A stretch of 64,000 nucleotides of DNA from Octopus sinensis (Eukaryota). The stretch spans positions 28,272,001 through 28,336,000 of the forward strand of contig NC_042998.1 in NCBI RefSeq assembly GCF_006345805.1, written 5' to 3'. The notes beneath the pieces are model-generated. The model saw only the letters and a list, made by a program, of their open reading frames with translations, made no database searches and was not told the origin of the DNA. A program made the position numbers and the translations under genes. Positions 26,956-39,882 of the stretch are shown here, one piece after another. Within the stretch, counting starts at the first letter, position 1; each line of letters opens with the position of its first letter.

Positions 26956-28234
26956 AAGAGAGAAAGGCGGGAAAAAAGATTAAAGAAAAATGCTGTGGAA
27001 GTGTATCTTCTAACTTCTGTATGATACTTTCCTAGACTTTTATGGCATGGTTTCTCCTCTATATCGATATCAGTGAATAAAAAAAACATATTCTCATTAA
27101 AATTTTATTCTCTCGGTAATTCCCGGGAAGTAGAATGCAGTTATTGTACAAATGCAGAACCAAACATTTCTAATAACGAGATAATTCTGTGAACTGTTTT
27201 CCAAAATTAAAATATATGTCTGATGAAATGTGATACAAAATATCCGCATTGTTGCAGATAGAATTCCTCTGCTGGTTAAGAATCTAATTCTGTTTGAGAT
27301 ATTTTTAGAAAAGAATTGCTGTTTTCTTTGAGAATATTAACAAGGATGTAAACTTAGTAAATACCAATACCTTACTCGCCGTCTGGAAAGAATATTGAGT
27401 GTAAAATGCCGCAAATATATTTTTTAATATATTATACTTTCTCTTATCATGAAATGTTTCACTATTATCAAAATAAAGACCTCAAAGATTTGAAATGTTT
27501 AAGAATAAAATACAGCTAGCAGTGGAAATGTGGTTTGATTTTGTGAAGTTTGGTGACACTTCCAGATAAGTTTCGGTATTTCTCAAAATCTGAAAAGAAA
27601 AGGAAGACAAAATGGTTTAGTCAATGTAGTTTCAGAGAGAGACAAACCAAAATCGTGTCACAACAGCAGAGCAATGGAGTTTCCGATCTGAATCGGAAAT
27701 GATTAGTGATAGGTAAAATAATGAGATGTGGTTCATTAGTAATATAAAAGCCGGAAACCATTCCATGATCATTTCCTTTCGAAAAGAAAAGCGATGTAAC
27801 AATGAGAGAACTTCTACATAATTATTCTGCTATACATAGAAGCAAAAAATAGTATTTCGAGGCATTCTCCATTAGATTAAAATGCAAAGATATATTAGAC
27901 ACTGTAAATCAAGGATTTACAAATAAAAAAAAAAACAAAAAAACAGAGAATGTCCCTGCTAGAAGACATTTTTGTAATGTCTTCTGGAACAAGGCTAAAC
28001 GGTGGTTAAACGACAACAAGAATATTCATATACTTGCGTACATCTCATCCCAAAATATGAACATTCAACATATATACTGAATTAACAGTAGAGCCTTTTA
28101 CATGCACGCGGAATTACTAGGATTGTTAAAATATATGATATATGATATATATATATATTTATTTATTTATATATTTATTTATATATTTATTTATATATTT
28201 ATTTATATATACATATATATATGTGTGTGTTGTT

Positions 28235-28640
28235 GTTGGCATGCTTTGGTCTCGGGAGACAATGGAGTTGCGCATAAATTAATCCAGTCTGGTTTTTACA
28301 TTTCATGTCCTCCCCAGTTTTGTGCAGGCCTGGGCTAGATGTAAGAAAATCCTGGGTATCCCAATCGTCAGGATTCCTCTCTCGACCTTGCTGACGTAGT
28401 CTAAAGGGGTGCAGAGCATTACGTTTGGCACCAGCTTGGTTGAAGGAGCTGCCGGAAGAGTGTCGAGTCGAACACTAAACCACCTACGGGGCTCCACTCC
28501 GGATTTCTTTGAAGGTTGTCTCTTTTCCGTAACCCTGGATAGGGGCCCATACCGGCTACTGATAACCGCAGCCGGCTGAGCCCGGGACTCGTGTCAGGCA
28601 GGGTCGTCACTCCCTGGAGTAGTGAAGAAAATCGCTACGC
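28235..28640 (+). mobile_element. GC-richer retroelement fragment, possibly an RTE-type 5' region
   Basis: GC island with 'ccacctacggggctccactccggatttc', resembling RTE-type leaders (recall only, unverified). Confidence 0.35.
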
Positions 28641-28989
28641 ACTTACTAGATATATGATAGTTAAAATATATGGCAAGAATTACTCTCGATACAATGCTTA
28701 AGGCTATTATTTTACCGACCTCAACATTTCAGTGAACAACATCGAAATAATGAACAGAAACATTGATTTGGGTTGTGTTTGAAATTAGGTGAAAGGAAAT
28801 TAACTGATGTCACGAAACCTTTAGTCAAAATGCATTATTGATTCTTTTGTTTTCGTATGGCTACAGTGAATCTTTATACCACAATGCAATTATGCTTAAA
28901 TCCACATGCAATCACGGATCAAATCATTTGTCAAACGAAGGACTTTCGCTTACACACACATACGCACTAACAGGCGTGTGTACGTACTA

Positions 28990-28991
28990 AG

Positions 28992-29077
<86 letters not shown>

Positions 29078-29313
29078 ATATATGTATACACACATGTATA
29101 TACGCACATATATAACCAAATGAGTATCCACGCATTTATATATATATATATATATATACATACACATATATACATATATATATATATATATACGTATGTA
29201 TGTATATAATTATGTATGTTTGTATACACTCATATGTATAAAGATATATATGTATATAGATTCATGTGTATATATGTATATATATATGTGTGTATATATA
29301 TATATATATATGT

Positions 29314-29352
<39 letters not shown>

Positions 29353-29372
29353 TGTGTGTGTGTATATATATG

Positions 29373-29414
<42 letters not shown>

Positions 29415-29460
29415 TTATATATATATATATATATATATACTTTACATGTATTATGTATAT
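28990..29460. repeat. (CA)n/(AT)n compound microsatellite
   Basis: Direct reading. Confidence 0.95.
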
Positions 29461-29999
29461 GTGCATGCATATACTCGCTCCGATGCTTCGGTTTTCGCCC
29501 AAATCATTGTTTATCGACCTCAGCGTATCTGAACGTATGAATAAATAATCTAACATTGAGATATAAATAGCAACATTTCTTCTACTTCCAATTATATATT
29601 AAAAACACGCTATTTGATGAGGATTCGAGATTAGTACTGGATAGTTGCTGCAGCTCCTTTGTCTTTTTCCCCAGTATCCAGTTTAGAATTGATCGCACTT
29701 ATATTGAATATAATTATGTATAATGTTCCTGTCTTTTTGTTATAGCGAGAACGATAAATTACTAGATATTTCGCATTTAACTTGTTTCTAAAGCTTTTGA
29801 GATTTATGCAAAAACAAGTATTTCCACTTTCCTTTATTTTTAAAGTGGTTGCTCATTCAGACTCAACTTCCTGTTTTGAAGGATTGAAAGCAATGAAGGT
29901 CGGCCAGAGCAGATGAAAATTCAGCGATGATAAAGTAAAACCCAGTCGATTACAGCTTCAGTTTCATTTGTATCATTAATACAACAATTCTCGACAGGG

Positions 30000-30390
30000 C
30001 TGTGAGCGCTCTGAATCGTTAAGCACGCCGGTCAAAACGCTGAGCGGCATTTCGTCCGTATTTGCATTCTGAGTTCAATATTCGCTGAAGTCTATTTTGC
30101 CGTTCAGCCTTTCGAAGTCGATAAAATATATATCAGTAATGTACTGGAGCCAATGCCATGGACTTATTTCCTCCCCGAAATTGCTGGCCTTGTGCCAAAA
30201 TTGTGAGACCGATATTACGATTCTAGATAAAGTGGCGAGCTTGCGGAATCGTTACTGCACCGGAGTTCAAATTCCGCTGAGGTCGACTTTACTTTTCACT
30301 CTTTCGGGGCTGATAAGATTAATACCAGTTGGGCACTGGGGGTCGATGTAATCGACTTACCCCTTTCGCCAAAATTGCTGGCCTTGTTAT
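30000..30390 (+). mobile_element. Two decayed SINE family 3 copies (alternative tail)
   Basis: Degenerate body plus 'aaattgctggccttgt' tails. Confidence 0.75.
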
Positions 30391-31239
30391 TATATTATAA
30401 TTGTCTGTGAAATCACTGCACATATATTTCTAACATAATTGCAACCGAAATTGAAAGGGAAAAATGTCGGAGATTAATGGAATAATAATAGAGAAGATTC
30501 AATTTGATTTAATATTTGCTGATTAATGTGCTATTTGGTGGGAAATAGTTCATCCATTATAGGATAATGGAATTGGAATATATTATATTCCAACTCTACT
30601 TTGAAAGAAGAGATTTCGCTGACAATGGCACTATCCTTATTAGCAATCGTTTTGTGAAGCCGTATTAGTTAACCTTTGTCTAAGCGATAATAATCTAATC
30701 GTGAAACGAAACAAGGTGAATTTTATTGGTATTTTTGATTTTCAAACTTAGCTGAAACAGACAGCTACTTAATACGTTCAGAATTGCTGCTATGTACAAT
30801 TGATAGGCTGTGTACCATTATAATGTGTACCTCTTGTTTTGTTAATTATCCAAATAAAATTTGCAAAAAGCAATAAATTTAACCATTTCTCTATAAGGTT
30901 TCCTAATAAATATATTGTTCGATACAAGGACAGCGATTTCGGTGGAGTGGGTTAGTCGATTACACCGACCCTCCGCAAGGATGAAAAGCAAAGTTGACAT
31001 CCGTAGAATTTGAACTCATAACATAAAGACATATGAAAGGCGGATAAGCAATTCGTACGGCTTCCTAACGATTATGTCAACTTACCACCCACTTCCTAAT
31101 AAATGTATTACACATTTATATGCTATTAACATATATTTCTTGCAAGCATTAGCTTATTAATGGTTTTAAATCTTGACATAAAGCAATCAGATGCAGAGAA
31201 AGGAGGTAAGGCGATCGCAGTGTTCAAATAGTACTTACT

Positions 31240-31660
31240 TTATCGGCGAGCTGGCAGAAACGTGAGCACGTCGGGTGAAATGCTTAGCAGTAATTCGTCT
31301 GCCGTAACGTTCTGAGTTCAAATTCCGCCGAGGTCGATTTTACCTTTCATCCTTTCGGGGTCGATAAACTAAGTACCAGTTACGCACTGGGGGTCGATGT
31401 AATCGACTTAATCCATTTGTCTGTCTTTGTTTGTCCCCTCCGTGTTTAGCCCCTTATAGGTAGTAAAGAAATAGGTATTTCGTCTGACTCTACGTTCTGA
31501 GTTCAAATTCCGCCGATCGACTTTACCTTTCATCCTTTCGGAGTCGATTAAATAAGTACCAGTTACGCATTGGGGTCGATGTAATTGACTTAATCCGTTT
31601 GTCTGTTCTTGTTTGTCCACTCTGTGTTTAGCACCTTGTGGGTAGTAAAGAAACAGATAC
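31240..31660 (+). mobile_element. SINE family 3 two-unit concatemer
   Basis: Head plus two bodies joined at 'aagaaata|ggtatttcgtc'. Confidence 0.9.
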
Positions 31661-32396
31661 TTACTTCATCGACCCTTTAATGATGAAAGTAATGTCGGCA
31701 GATTTTGAACACAACGTAAAGGCACACGATATGATCTGATCTGTATTATTTTTCTCTGTGTTGTAACGATTCTGCCATCTCGCCGTCTTATTAGCTTGTG
31801 ATTGAGACGATTTTCTGAGAAAGTAGCATGTGCAACGCTGGTCTGAAAACAAAATAAAGCTGTTTTAGTGTGTAGCATGTTCCACCTGAATTTCCGGATG
31901 TTGTAACGATAAGGATCACCAGTGAAATTAATCACATAGACTGTTACAGAAAGTTATCCAGACTGCGGATATGTCTCTAAGTAATACTTCAATGTGGAGG
32001 TAACAACCTGCTGTTAATCAGGGAGTTAGGCAGGACAATCGACCACCGCTCCCGGTATTATATTACATCAAAATCAAAGAGGATCTTATCAAGAAACAGA
32101 CTAAGTTTCAGATCAAATGATATTTACACACGTGCACACAAACACGCGCGCGCGCACACACATAAACACAAACAAACACACGCACGGACACACACATACA
32201 TACCAACCCACACACATTCATACATATATATACGTGTGTGTAAACAAAAACATATTTCTGTCTATCTATCAACCTAATCTCTCTCTCTCTCTCTCTGTAT
32301 ATATACATATATATAAAATGTGTGTAGTGGCTAACGATCTATCATGGCAACAATTATATATATGTGTGTGTGTGTATATTATATATGTATGTATAT

Positions 32397-32429
<33 letters not shown>

Positions 32430-32441
32430 TATACACATATG

Positions 32442-32472
<31 letters not shown>

Positions 32473-32520
32473 ATAAATATATATATATATAAATATATAT
32501 TATATAGGTATATATATATT

Positions 32521-32902
32521 CTTTTATTTGTTTGTTTCAGTCATTTGACTGCGGCCACGCTGGATCACCGCCTTTAGTCGAGCAAATCAACGCCAGGACT
32601 TATTCATTGCAAGCCTTGTACTTATACTACAAGTCAGTTTGCGAACCGCTATGTTACGGTGACGTAAACACACCAACATCTGTTGTCAAGCGATGTTGGG
32701 GGTACAAACACAGACACACAAACACACACACATATATATACATATACATATATACGACGGGCTTCTTTCAGTTTCCGTCTACCAAATCCATTCACAAGGC
32801 TTTGGTCGGCCCGAGGCTTTAGTAGAAGACACTTGGCCAAGGTGCCACGCAGTGGGACTGAACCCGGAATCATGTGCTTGGTAAGTAAGCTACTTACCAC
32901 AC
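32521..32902 (-). mobile_element. SINE family 4
   Basis: Similarity to other copies. Confidence 0.9.
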
Positions 32903-33005
32903 ACATATATGATGTAATAATGGAATTGTTTAAATAAATGGAGTCGCATGAAACGATTGTACTCCATTACCTCTAGATATCCTTGTTGCTTATTTTGATT
33001 ATATA

Positions 33006-33415
33006 TAGGAGTGGCTGTGTGGTAAGTAGCTTGCTAACCAACCACATGGTTCCGGGTTCAGTCCCACTGCGTGGCATCTTGGGAAAGTGTCTTCTGCTAT
33101 AGCCCCGGGCCGACCAATGCCTTGTGAGTGGATTTGGTAGACGGAAACTGAAAGAAGCCTGTCGTATATGTGTATATATATGTATATATGTGTATGTGTG
33201 TGAGTTTGTGTGTGCGTGTTTGTCCCGCTAGCATTGCTTGACAACCGATGCTGGTGTGTTTACGTCCCCGTAACTTAGCGGTTCGGCAAAAGAGACCGAT
33301 AGAATAAGTACTGGGCTTACAAAGAATAAGTCCCGGGGTCGATTTGCTCGACTAAAGGCGGGGCTCCAGCATGGCCGCAGTCAAATGACTGAAACAAGTA
33401 AAAGAGGAAAGGGAG
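33006..33415 (+). mobile_element. SINE family 4
   Basis: Head 'ggagtggctgtgtggtaagtagcttgctaaccaaccacatggttccgggttcagtccc'. Confidence 0.9.
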
Positions 33416-33420
33416 TAAAA

Positions 33421-33456
<36 letters not shown>

Positions 33457-33460
33457 ATAT

Positions 33461-33491
<31 letters not shown>

Positions 33492-33507
33492 AAGGGAGAG
33501 AGAGAGA

Positions 33508-33571
<64 letters not shown>

Positions 33572-34333
33572 GTGGGTATGTATGTATGTATGTATGTATG
33601 TTTGAATACTGAACGTATTATAGCCACTACAGTTATTACTATGTTCTTTCTTCATATTAAAAGCGAGCACTTCAGAATTTCTATAAGCGCAATATGGAAA
33701 TAAGATGCAACGAGAAAACAAATCTTTACGTATGAACATATAATGCTGAGAAACACAAGCGATGCACACATACGAAAACAGAAATTGCAATCATGGGTGA
33801 TTTGAAATTATGCAAAATTTAATAGTTATCAGCGATTTAGTGTAGGAAACGATGCATATGATTATTGGTGGAATTTCTCAATACGAAAGACTTCTTGATT
33901 GAATAGTGATTGCTCTGCAGTGAAATTAGGAGACGCAAATTTAAGACAATGAACAAATCAAGAGAATTTGCAACCGGTAACGGGAAGCAAGGTTGTGGTT
34001 GACAAAATGGTGGAATTAAACTAAGTGAAAACAAAGGGTTTATTTCAGTGCCTTAAGATTTCTACAAAGTCAATTCTTATCAAAACAGCTCGATTAATTT
34101 CTAATTATTTCACAGTGATACCTTGGCAGAACGCTTTGTAGACATTATCGACGACACAATTAGAGAATAACATTTCAGCCAGAGGCAATGTATTTCGTCG
34201 TAATTGGAAGCATTTACAAGTATTCTTCTCTATAGCAAGAAAATTTGCTTGTAAAACTTAACATACAGTTGCCGGGTTAACGTGCGTGGTTATGGTTTTC
34301 TTCTCTCTTCATATTATTATCATAAGATCGTAA

Positions 34334-35420
34334 GGCGGCGAGCTGGCAGAAACGTTAGCACGAGGGTGAAATACTTAGAGGTATTTCGTCTGCCGTTGCG
34401 TTCTGAGTTCAAATTCCGCCGAGGTAGACTTGCTTGTCGTCCTTTCGGGGTCAATAAATTAAGAACCAGTTACGCACTAGGGTCGATATAATCGACTTAA
34501 TCCGTTTGTCTGTCCTTGTTTGTCCCCTCTGTGTGTAGCTCCTTGTGGACAGTAAAGAAATAGGCATTTTGTCTGCCACTACGTTCTGAGTTCAAATTCT
34601 GCCGAGGTCGACTTTGCCTTTCATCCTTTCGGGGTCGATTAAATAAGTACCAGTTACGCACTGGGGCCGATATAATCGACTTAATCCGTTTGTCTGTCCT
34701 CGCTTGTCCTCTCTGTGTTTGGCCCCTTGTGGGCAGTAAAGAAATAGGTATTTCGTCTGCCGTTACATTCTGAGTTCAAATTCCGCCGAGGTCGACTCTG
34801 CCTGTCATCCTTTCGGGGTCGATAAAATAAGTACCAGTTGTCTACCGGTGTAATCGACTTAATCCCTTTGTTTGTCTTCTCTATGTTTAGCCCCTTGTGG
34901 GCAATTAAGAAATAAAAGGCATTAACACGCCGGTCACAATGCTTAGCCCTGTTGCATCCGTCTATACATTCTCAGTTCAAATTCCGCCTTGGCCGACTTT
35001 GCCTGTCATCCTTTCTGGGTCGATAAATTAAGTACCAATAAAGCACTGGCATTGTGCCCATTCCAGAAACGATCATTATTATTCTAAGATCCTAAGCTGG
35101 AGAACTGGCAAAAATCTTAGTGGCATTTCGTCCACCTTTATGTTCTGAGTTCAATTTCCACCGAGATCGACTTTGCATTTCATTTTTCGGGGTCGATAAA
35201 ATAAGTACCAGTTAAATATTGGGGTTGATGTAATAGACTTATCCCCTATCCAGAAATTACTGGTCTAGTGCCGAAATTTGAAATTATTATAAGATCGGGG
35301 ATGGATGCTTAGCGGTGTTTCTTCGGGCTCTTTATATTCTGAGTTCAAATCTAACAAAGGTCAACGTTGCTACTCATCATTCTGGGGTCGATAAAACAAG
35401 TACTTCGAGTACCGTGACCA
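34334..35420 (+). mobile_element. SINE family 3 array (about six units, decaying 3'-ward)
   Basis: Repeated ~180-bp bodies. Confidence 0.9.
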
Positions 35421-35621
35421 ATGCAATTGTCAAGAGAATACTCCAAAATGTCAGGTTCTTTGCTCATATTAGAAAAGATTATGAGTTCGTAGGTGTCATT
35501 TTTCACCTGGTGGGACGTTGTGACCTTAAGCAATGACTTTCATTTCACAATGCTTCACTCAACTCTGTTATAGCAAGAACTAGCCGGGAAGATTTACATG
35601 TTTCTTCCCATATACGTATAG

Positions 35622-36074
35622 CAGGGGTGGGCAATTGTTTTGGCTCAGGGGCCAATTTGAGAGGGCCGTGGTTAGCGGAAGGCCGTGGTTAGCGGAAGGC
35701 CGTGGTTAGCGGAAGGCCGCAACTTCTATAACTGATCGTATTCATTACTGAACATTATATTTCATTTAATGCGAAGTGTAAATCACATATTAATAATAAA
35801 TAAATAATACTAAAACAATAGTGGTACAAGAAATGGTTTCATTAAATTTATTTATGTGAAAATTACACGTTAGCCACCATGAGTAATTTAATGAGAAAAA
35901 TTTAACCTGTTACGCTTATTTACAATTCTTTTGAAATCAGCAGTGAGGTTGCTTGTTGAGTTTACGAAAATTTTAGACTTGGAAAATTTTGGGAGGGTTG
36001 AATGCTACTGCGGACCGCGGAAAACTCTATGGTGTGCCGCATGCGGCCCGCTAGTCATACATTGCCCACCCCTG
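35622..36074. mobile_element. hAT (Charlie-like) MITE
   Basis: 13-bp TIR CAGGGGTGGGCAA / TTGCCCACCCCTG; internal 3x17-bp repeat GGCCGTGGTTAGCGGAA; 8-bp TSD not recognisable. Confidence 0.8.
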
Positions 36075-36175
36075 AATATATTGTATGCTACATGACCCAC
36101 TGGGCCAAAGGTGAAGGAAGTGGCAGTGTATGCAAATATCAAATTGCGAACTCACTCGCGAGGGACGGTTGTCTG

Positions 36176-36335
36176 TACTTACTCTCCTTTTTTTTTACTT
36201 GTTTCAGTCATTTGACTGTAGCCATGCTGGAGCACCGCCTTTAGTCGAGAAAATCGACCCCAGGACTTATTCTTTATAAGCCTAGTACTTATTCTATTGG
36301 TCTGTTTGCCGAACCGCTACGTCACGGAGACGTAA

Positions 36336-36345
<10 letters not shown>
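36176..36345 (-). mobile_element. SINE family 4, 3' half (5' half at 39470-39608)
   Basis: Stops at the internal (CA)n; the matching remainder resumes at 39470. Confidence 0.8.
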
Positions 36346-36366
<21 letters not shown>

Positions 36367-36567
36367 CACATATATATATATATATATATAATAAATATTA
36401 GGGAATAAATCCAAATTTACAGGGAAAAAAATCAGATTTAGGATTAAATCCAATTTTATAGTAAAATATTATATAATATTAATTAGAGACAAAACCACTA
36501 TTTTGCAAAACAAACAAGGAAAGACTTAATCAATACATAAAATTTTAATAAAAAGTCAAAAAAACCG

Positions 36568-36610
36568 CCACTACAATTGTTTCTTGTCCTGATCGACAAT
36601 CTTCAGGTGG
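36568..36610 (-). ncRNA. Minimal type I hammerhead ribozyme
   Basis: Minus: CCAC-CTGAAGA-TTGTC(GATCAG)GACAA-GAAA-CAATTG-TA-GTGG. Confidence 0.85.
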
Positions 36611-38916
36611 ACTTCCAATCTAAAATATCAATATTTTAAAATATAAAAAATAATAATTTTAAAATAATTAAAGTATCAATGAAAAAATATAAATATATAA
36701 TCTATATATAACCTATATATAATCCATATATAATCAATATATAAACAAATATAAACTAAATAAACCTATCAACAATTAAATATAAAACAAAATAAAAATA
36801 AACTATATATACACCCATACACATATAACTAATTATATAACCATATCTAAATACATACACTAAATCACACACCTATATATATATCCCTATACATACACAT
36901 AAAAACGTCTAGGCAACGATAAATAAATAAAATAGCCAAATACTTCAACACAATACTTATTCATACTCCCTCACACACACATACAACCCACATTCATAAA
37001 CAATATACGTATACCCGCTCACACATACATATAAAACATACAGAACTCGATATATACACCAATATATTCACACCCACAACTATACAGATAAATAAATTAC
37101 GCAAATAATCCCACACACACACACACACACCCATTCACACATACATAAACACTCAAAAGCAAAAGCAATCATGCATGTATACAAGTGCATACACAAACAC
37201 ACACTTTTACATAGCACCATGCACTCCCACATCTACACCTGCACTTATACACACGCACACATACACACACACCCATGCAACATACATATTCACGGACACT
37301 CTCCTAGACATCCAAATATACATATAAATATACGTATAAATGGCTACAATACAATACCCATTATAACTACCATGAGCAACAAACCAAGCCATAATGCATG
37401 GGGACTAATACTAAAAAATTCTAAATAAAATAATCATGGTAAATGAAATCCATACATACAAATAAAACCCCTAACAAAAAACAATACACACAAATACACA
37501 CACATATATACACACACCCACAACCATAACCATATACACACTCTCACAAACATATACATACTTACAAACCTCGACATATACACCAATATATTCATTCCCA
37601 CATTAAAGAATTCGTAGTAATTTATGTCTATTTACGATGTTTGTTATTTTATTACATTATTTCATTCATAATTTTTAAGTAATGTTCGTTTACCACGTGA
37701 ATATAATTTTTAATTCCATTTATTCCATTTCTCCATTCATAATTTAAATGATGTTCGTTTCCAGAGCGGGAATACTTTTTATACATATGTTAGGTTCCTA
37801 TGGTAACGTAATTTTGTTTGACGTTTTTAACGGATAGAATTTAATTTCACTTCATAATTTGAAACTGACTTGAAAGTATGTATATTTTTCTCATTATGTT
37901 AATCTTGTTACTTTTGATATTCTGGTTACTTATGAAGTATTTTATATCGTATTATGTGTAGTAATGTTGTTTTTCTATGAGTGTTTATGTATGTGGGAAT
38001 GTGTGTGTGTGTGTGTGCGTTTTTTGGGGTGTAATTTATTTATCTGTATGAGTGTGGGTGTGAGAATATTGTTGTATATGTCGAGTTTAGTAGGTATGTA
38101 TATGTATATGTGAGGGGGTATACGTATATGTTGTGTGTGTGTGTTTTACGTATGTATATTTGTGTGTGAATGTGTATATGGGTTTGCTATATAGGTAATT
38201 GTGTATGGTAGGGGGAAGTTTTATAATAATATGTATGTGGGTTTCATTTATCATGATCGTTTATTGGTGTTTTGTAGTAGATTCTGTATATTTAAGTTGA
38301 TTATATATTATTCCATTTATAATTTAAAAAAAACGTTCGATCAACAAGTGCAAAGAATTATTTATTTTGCTTTGAATGTTTATGTATGTGTGAATGGGTG
38401 TGTGTGTGTGTGTGTGTGGGATTATTTGCGTAATTTATTTATCTGTATAGTTGGGGTGTGAATATATTGGTGTATATATCGTGTTCTGTATGTTTGTATA
38501 TGTATGTGTGAGCGGGTATACGTATATTGTTTATGAATGTGGGTTGTATGTGTGTGTGAGGGAGTATGAATAAGTATTGTGTTGAAGTATTGGCTATTTT
38601 ATTTATTTATCGTTGCCTAGACGTTTTTATGTGTATGGTAGGGATATATATATAGGTGTGTGATTTAGTGTATGTATTTAGATATGGTTATATATAATTA
38701 GTTATATGTGTATGGGTGTATATATAGTTTATTTTTATTTTGTTTTATATTTAATTGTTGATAGGTTTATTTTAGTTTATATTGTTTATATATTGATTAT
38801 ATATGGATTATATATAGGTTATATATAGATTATATATTTATATTTTTTCATTGATACTTTAATTATTTTAAAATTATTATTTTTTATATTTTAAAATTGA
38901 TATTTAGATTGGAAGT

Positions 38917-38959
38917 CCACCTGAAGATTGTCGATCAGGACAAGAAACAATTGTAGTGG
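38917..38959 (+). ncRNA. Minimal type I hammerhead ribozyme
   Basis: CCAC-CTGAAGA-TTGTC(GATCAG)GACAA-GAAA-CAATTG-TA-GTGG; GUA triplet, palindromic stem III. Confidence 0.85.
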
Positions 38960-39043
38960 CGGTTCTTTGACTTTTTATTAAAATTTTATGTATTGATTAA
39001 GTCTTTCCTTGTTTGTTTTGCAAAATAGTGGTTTTGTCTCTAA

Positions 39044-39127
<84 letters not shown>

Positions 39128-39435
39128 GTGTGGAGGCGCAATGGCCCAGTGGTTAGGGCAGCGGACTCGTGGTCGTAGGATCGCGGTTTCGATTCCCAGG
39201 CCGGGCGTTGTGAGTGTTTATTGAGCGAAAACACCTAAAAGCTCAACGATGCTCCGGCAGAGGGTGGTGATCCCTGCTGTACTCTTTCACCACTCTTTCT
39301 TCCACTCTTTCTTCTGTTGGCCTGCTCGCTTAGCCAGCGGGGTGGCGTCATTCGAAGGCTAAAACAATGCGAACGCATTGTGACCAGCGGTGTGTAACAA
39401 CATCTGATTGTCTGGTCGGTCACGTGATCACGTGA
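39128..39435 (+). mobile_element. SINE family 2, tail type B
   Basis: Family 2 head; tail '...tctggtcggtcacgtgatcacgtga'. Confidence 0.85.
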
Positions 39436-39469
39436 TATATATATATATATATACATACATATAAATAAA

Positions 39470-39608
39470 TACCAAATCAACTCAGAAGGCTTTGGTCGAC
39501 CCGAGGCTATAGTAGAAGGCACTTGCCCAACGTGCCAAGCTGTGGGACTGAACCCGGAGCCATGTGGTTCGTAAGCAAGCTACTTACCACACAGTCACTC
39601 CTGCGCCT
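39470..39608 (-). mobile_element. SINE family 4, 5' half
   Basis: Continues the copy broken at 36345. Confidence 0.8.
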
Positions 39609-39882
39609 ATGTTGTGAACATACATACTACCATGCTTGCATGTAGTTCAATATCTTCGAAATTGGTACAAGGCCGATAATTACGGGGGACGGGATACGTC
39701 GATTACATCAACTGGTCTCGAAAGGGATACAAGGCGGAATTTAAACTCAGAACATAAATGCAGACGAAATGCCACCCGGTGTGCTAACGATTCTGGCAGA
39801 TCACCGTTTTTAATTGGGCTAATATTAATCAGCTTAAATTACAATCCAACACTACTTCAGCGAATTTAAATGTTCATATTCG

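Larger units (their letters stand above)
36391..39050. mobile_element. 2.7-kb foldback PLE-type element with two hammerheads
   Basis: Near-identical inverted arms 36476-37164 and 38365-39050; non-coding; (AT)n on both flanks. Confidence 0.85.

Noticed and set aside
34334-35420. Regularly repeated units resembling a CRISPR array
   Set aside because: Units are ~180-bp SINE bodies with no unique spacers, no cas genes, and eukaryotic context
36391-39050. Idea that all inverted repeats are long-read foldback artefacts
   Set aside because: The same outward orientation, shared breakpoints and hammerhead placement recur in five separate elements and the arms differ; still worth a raw-read check
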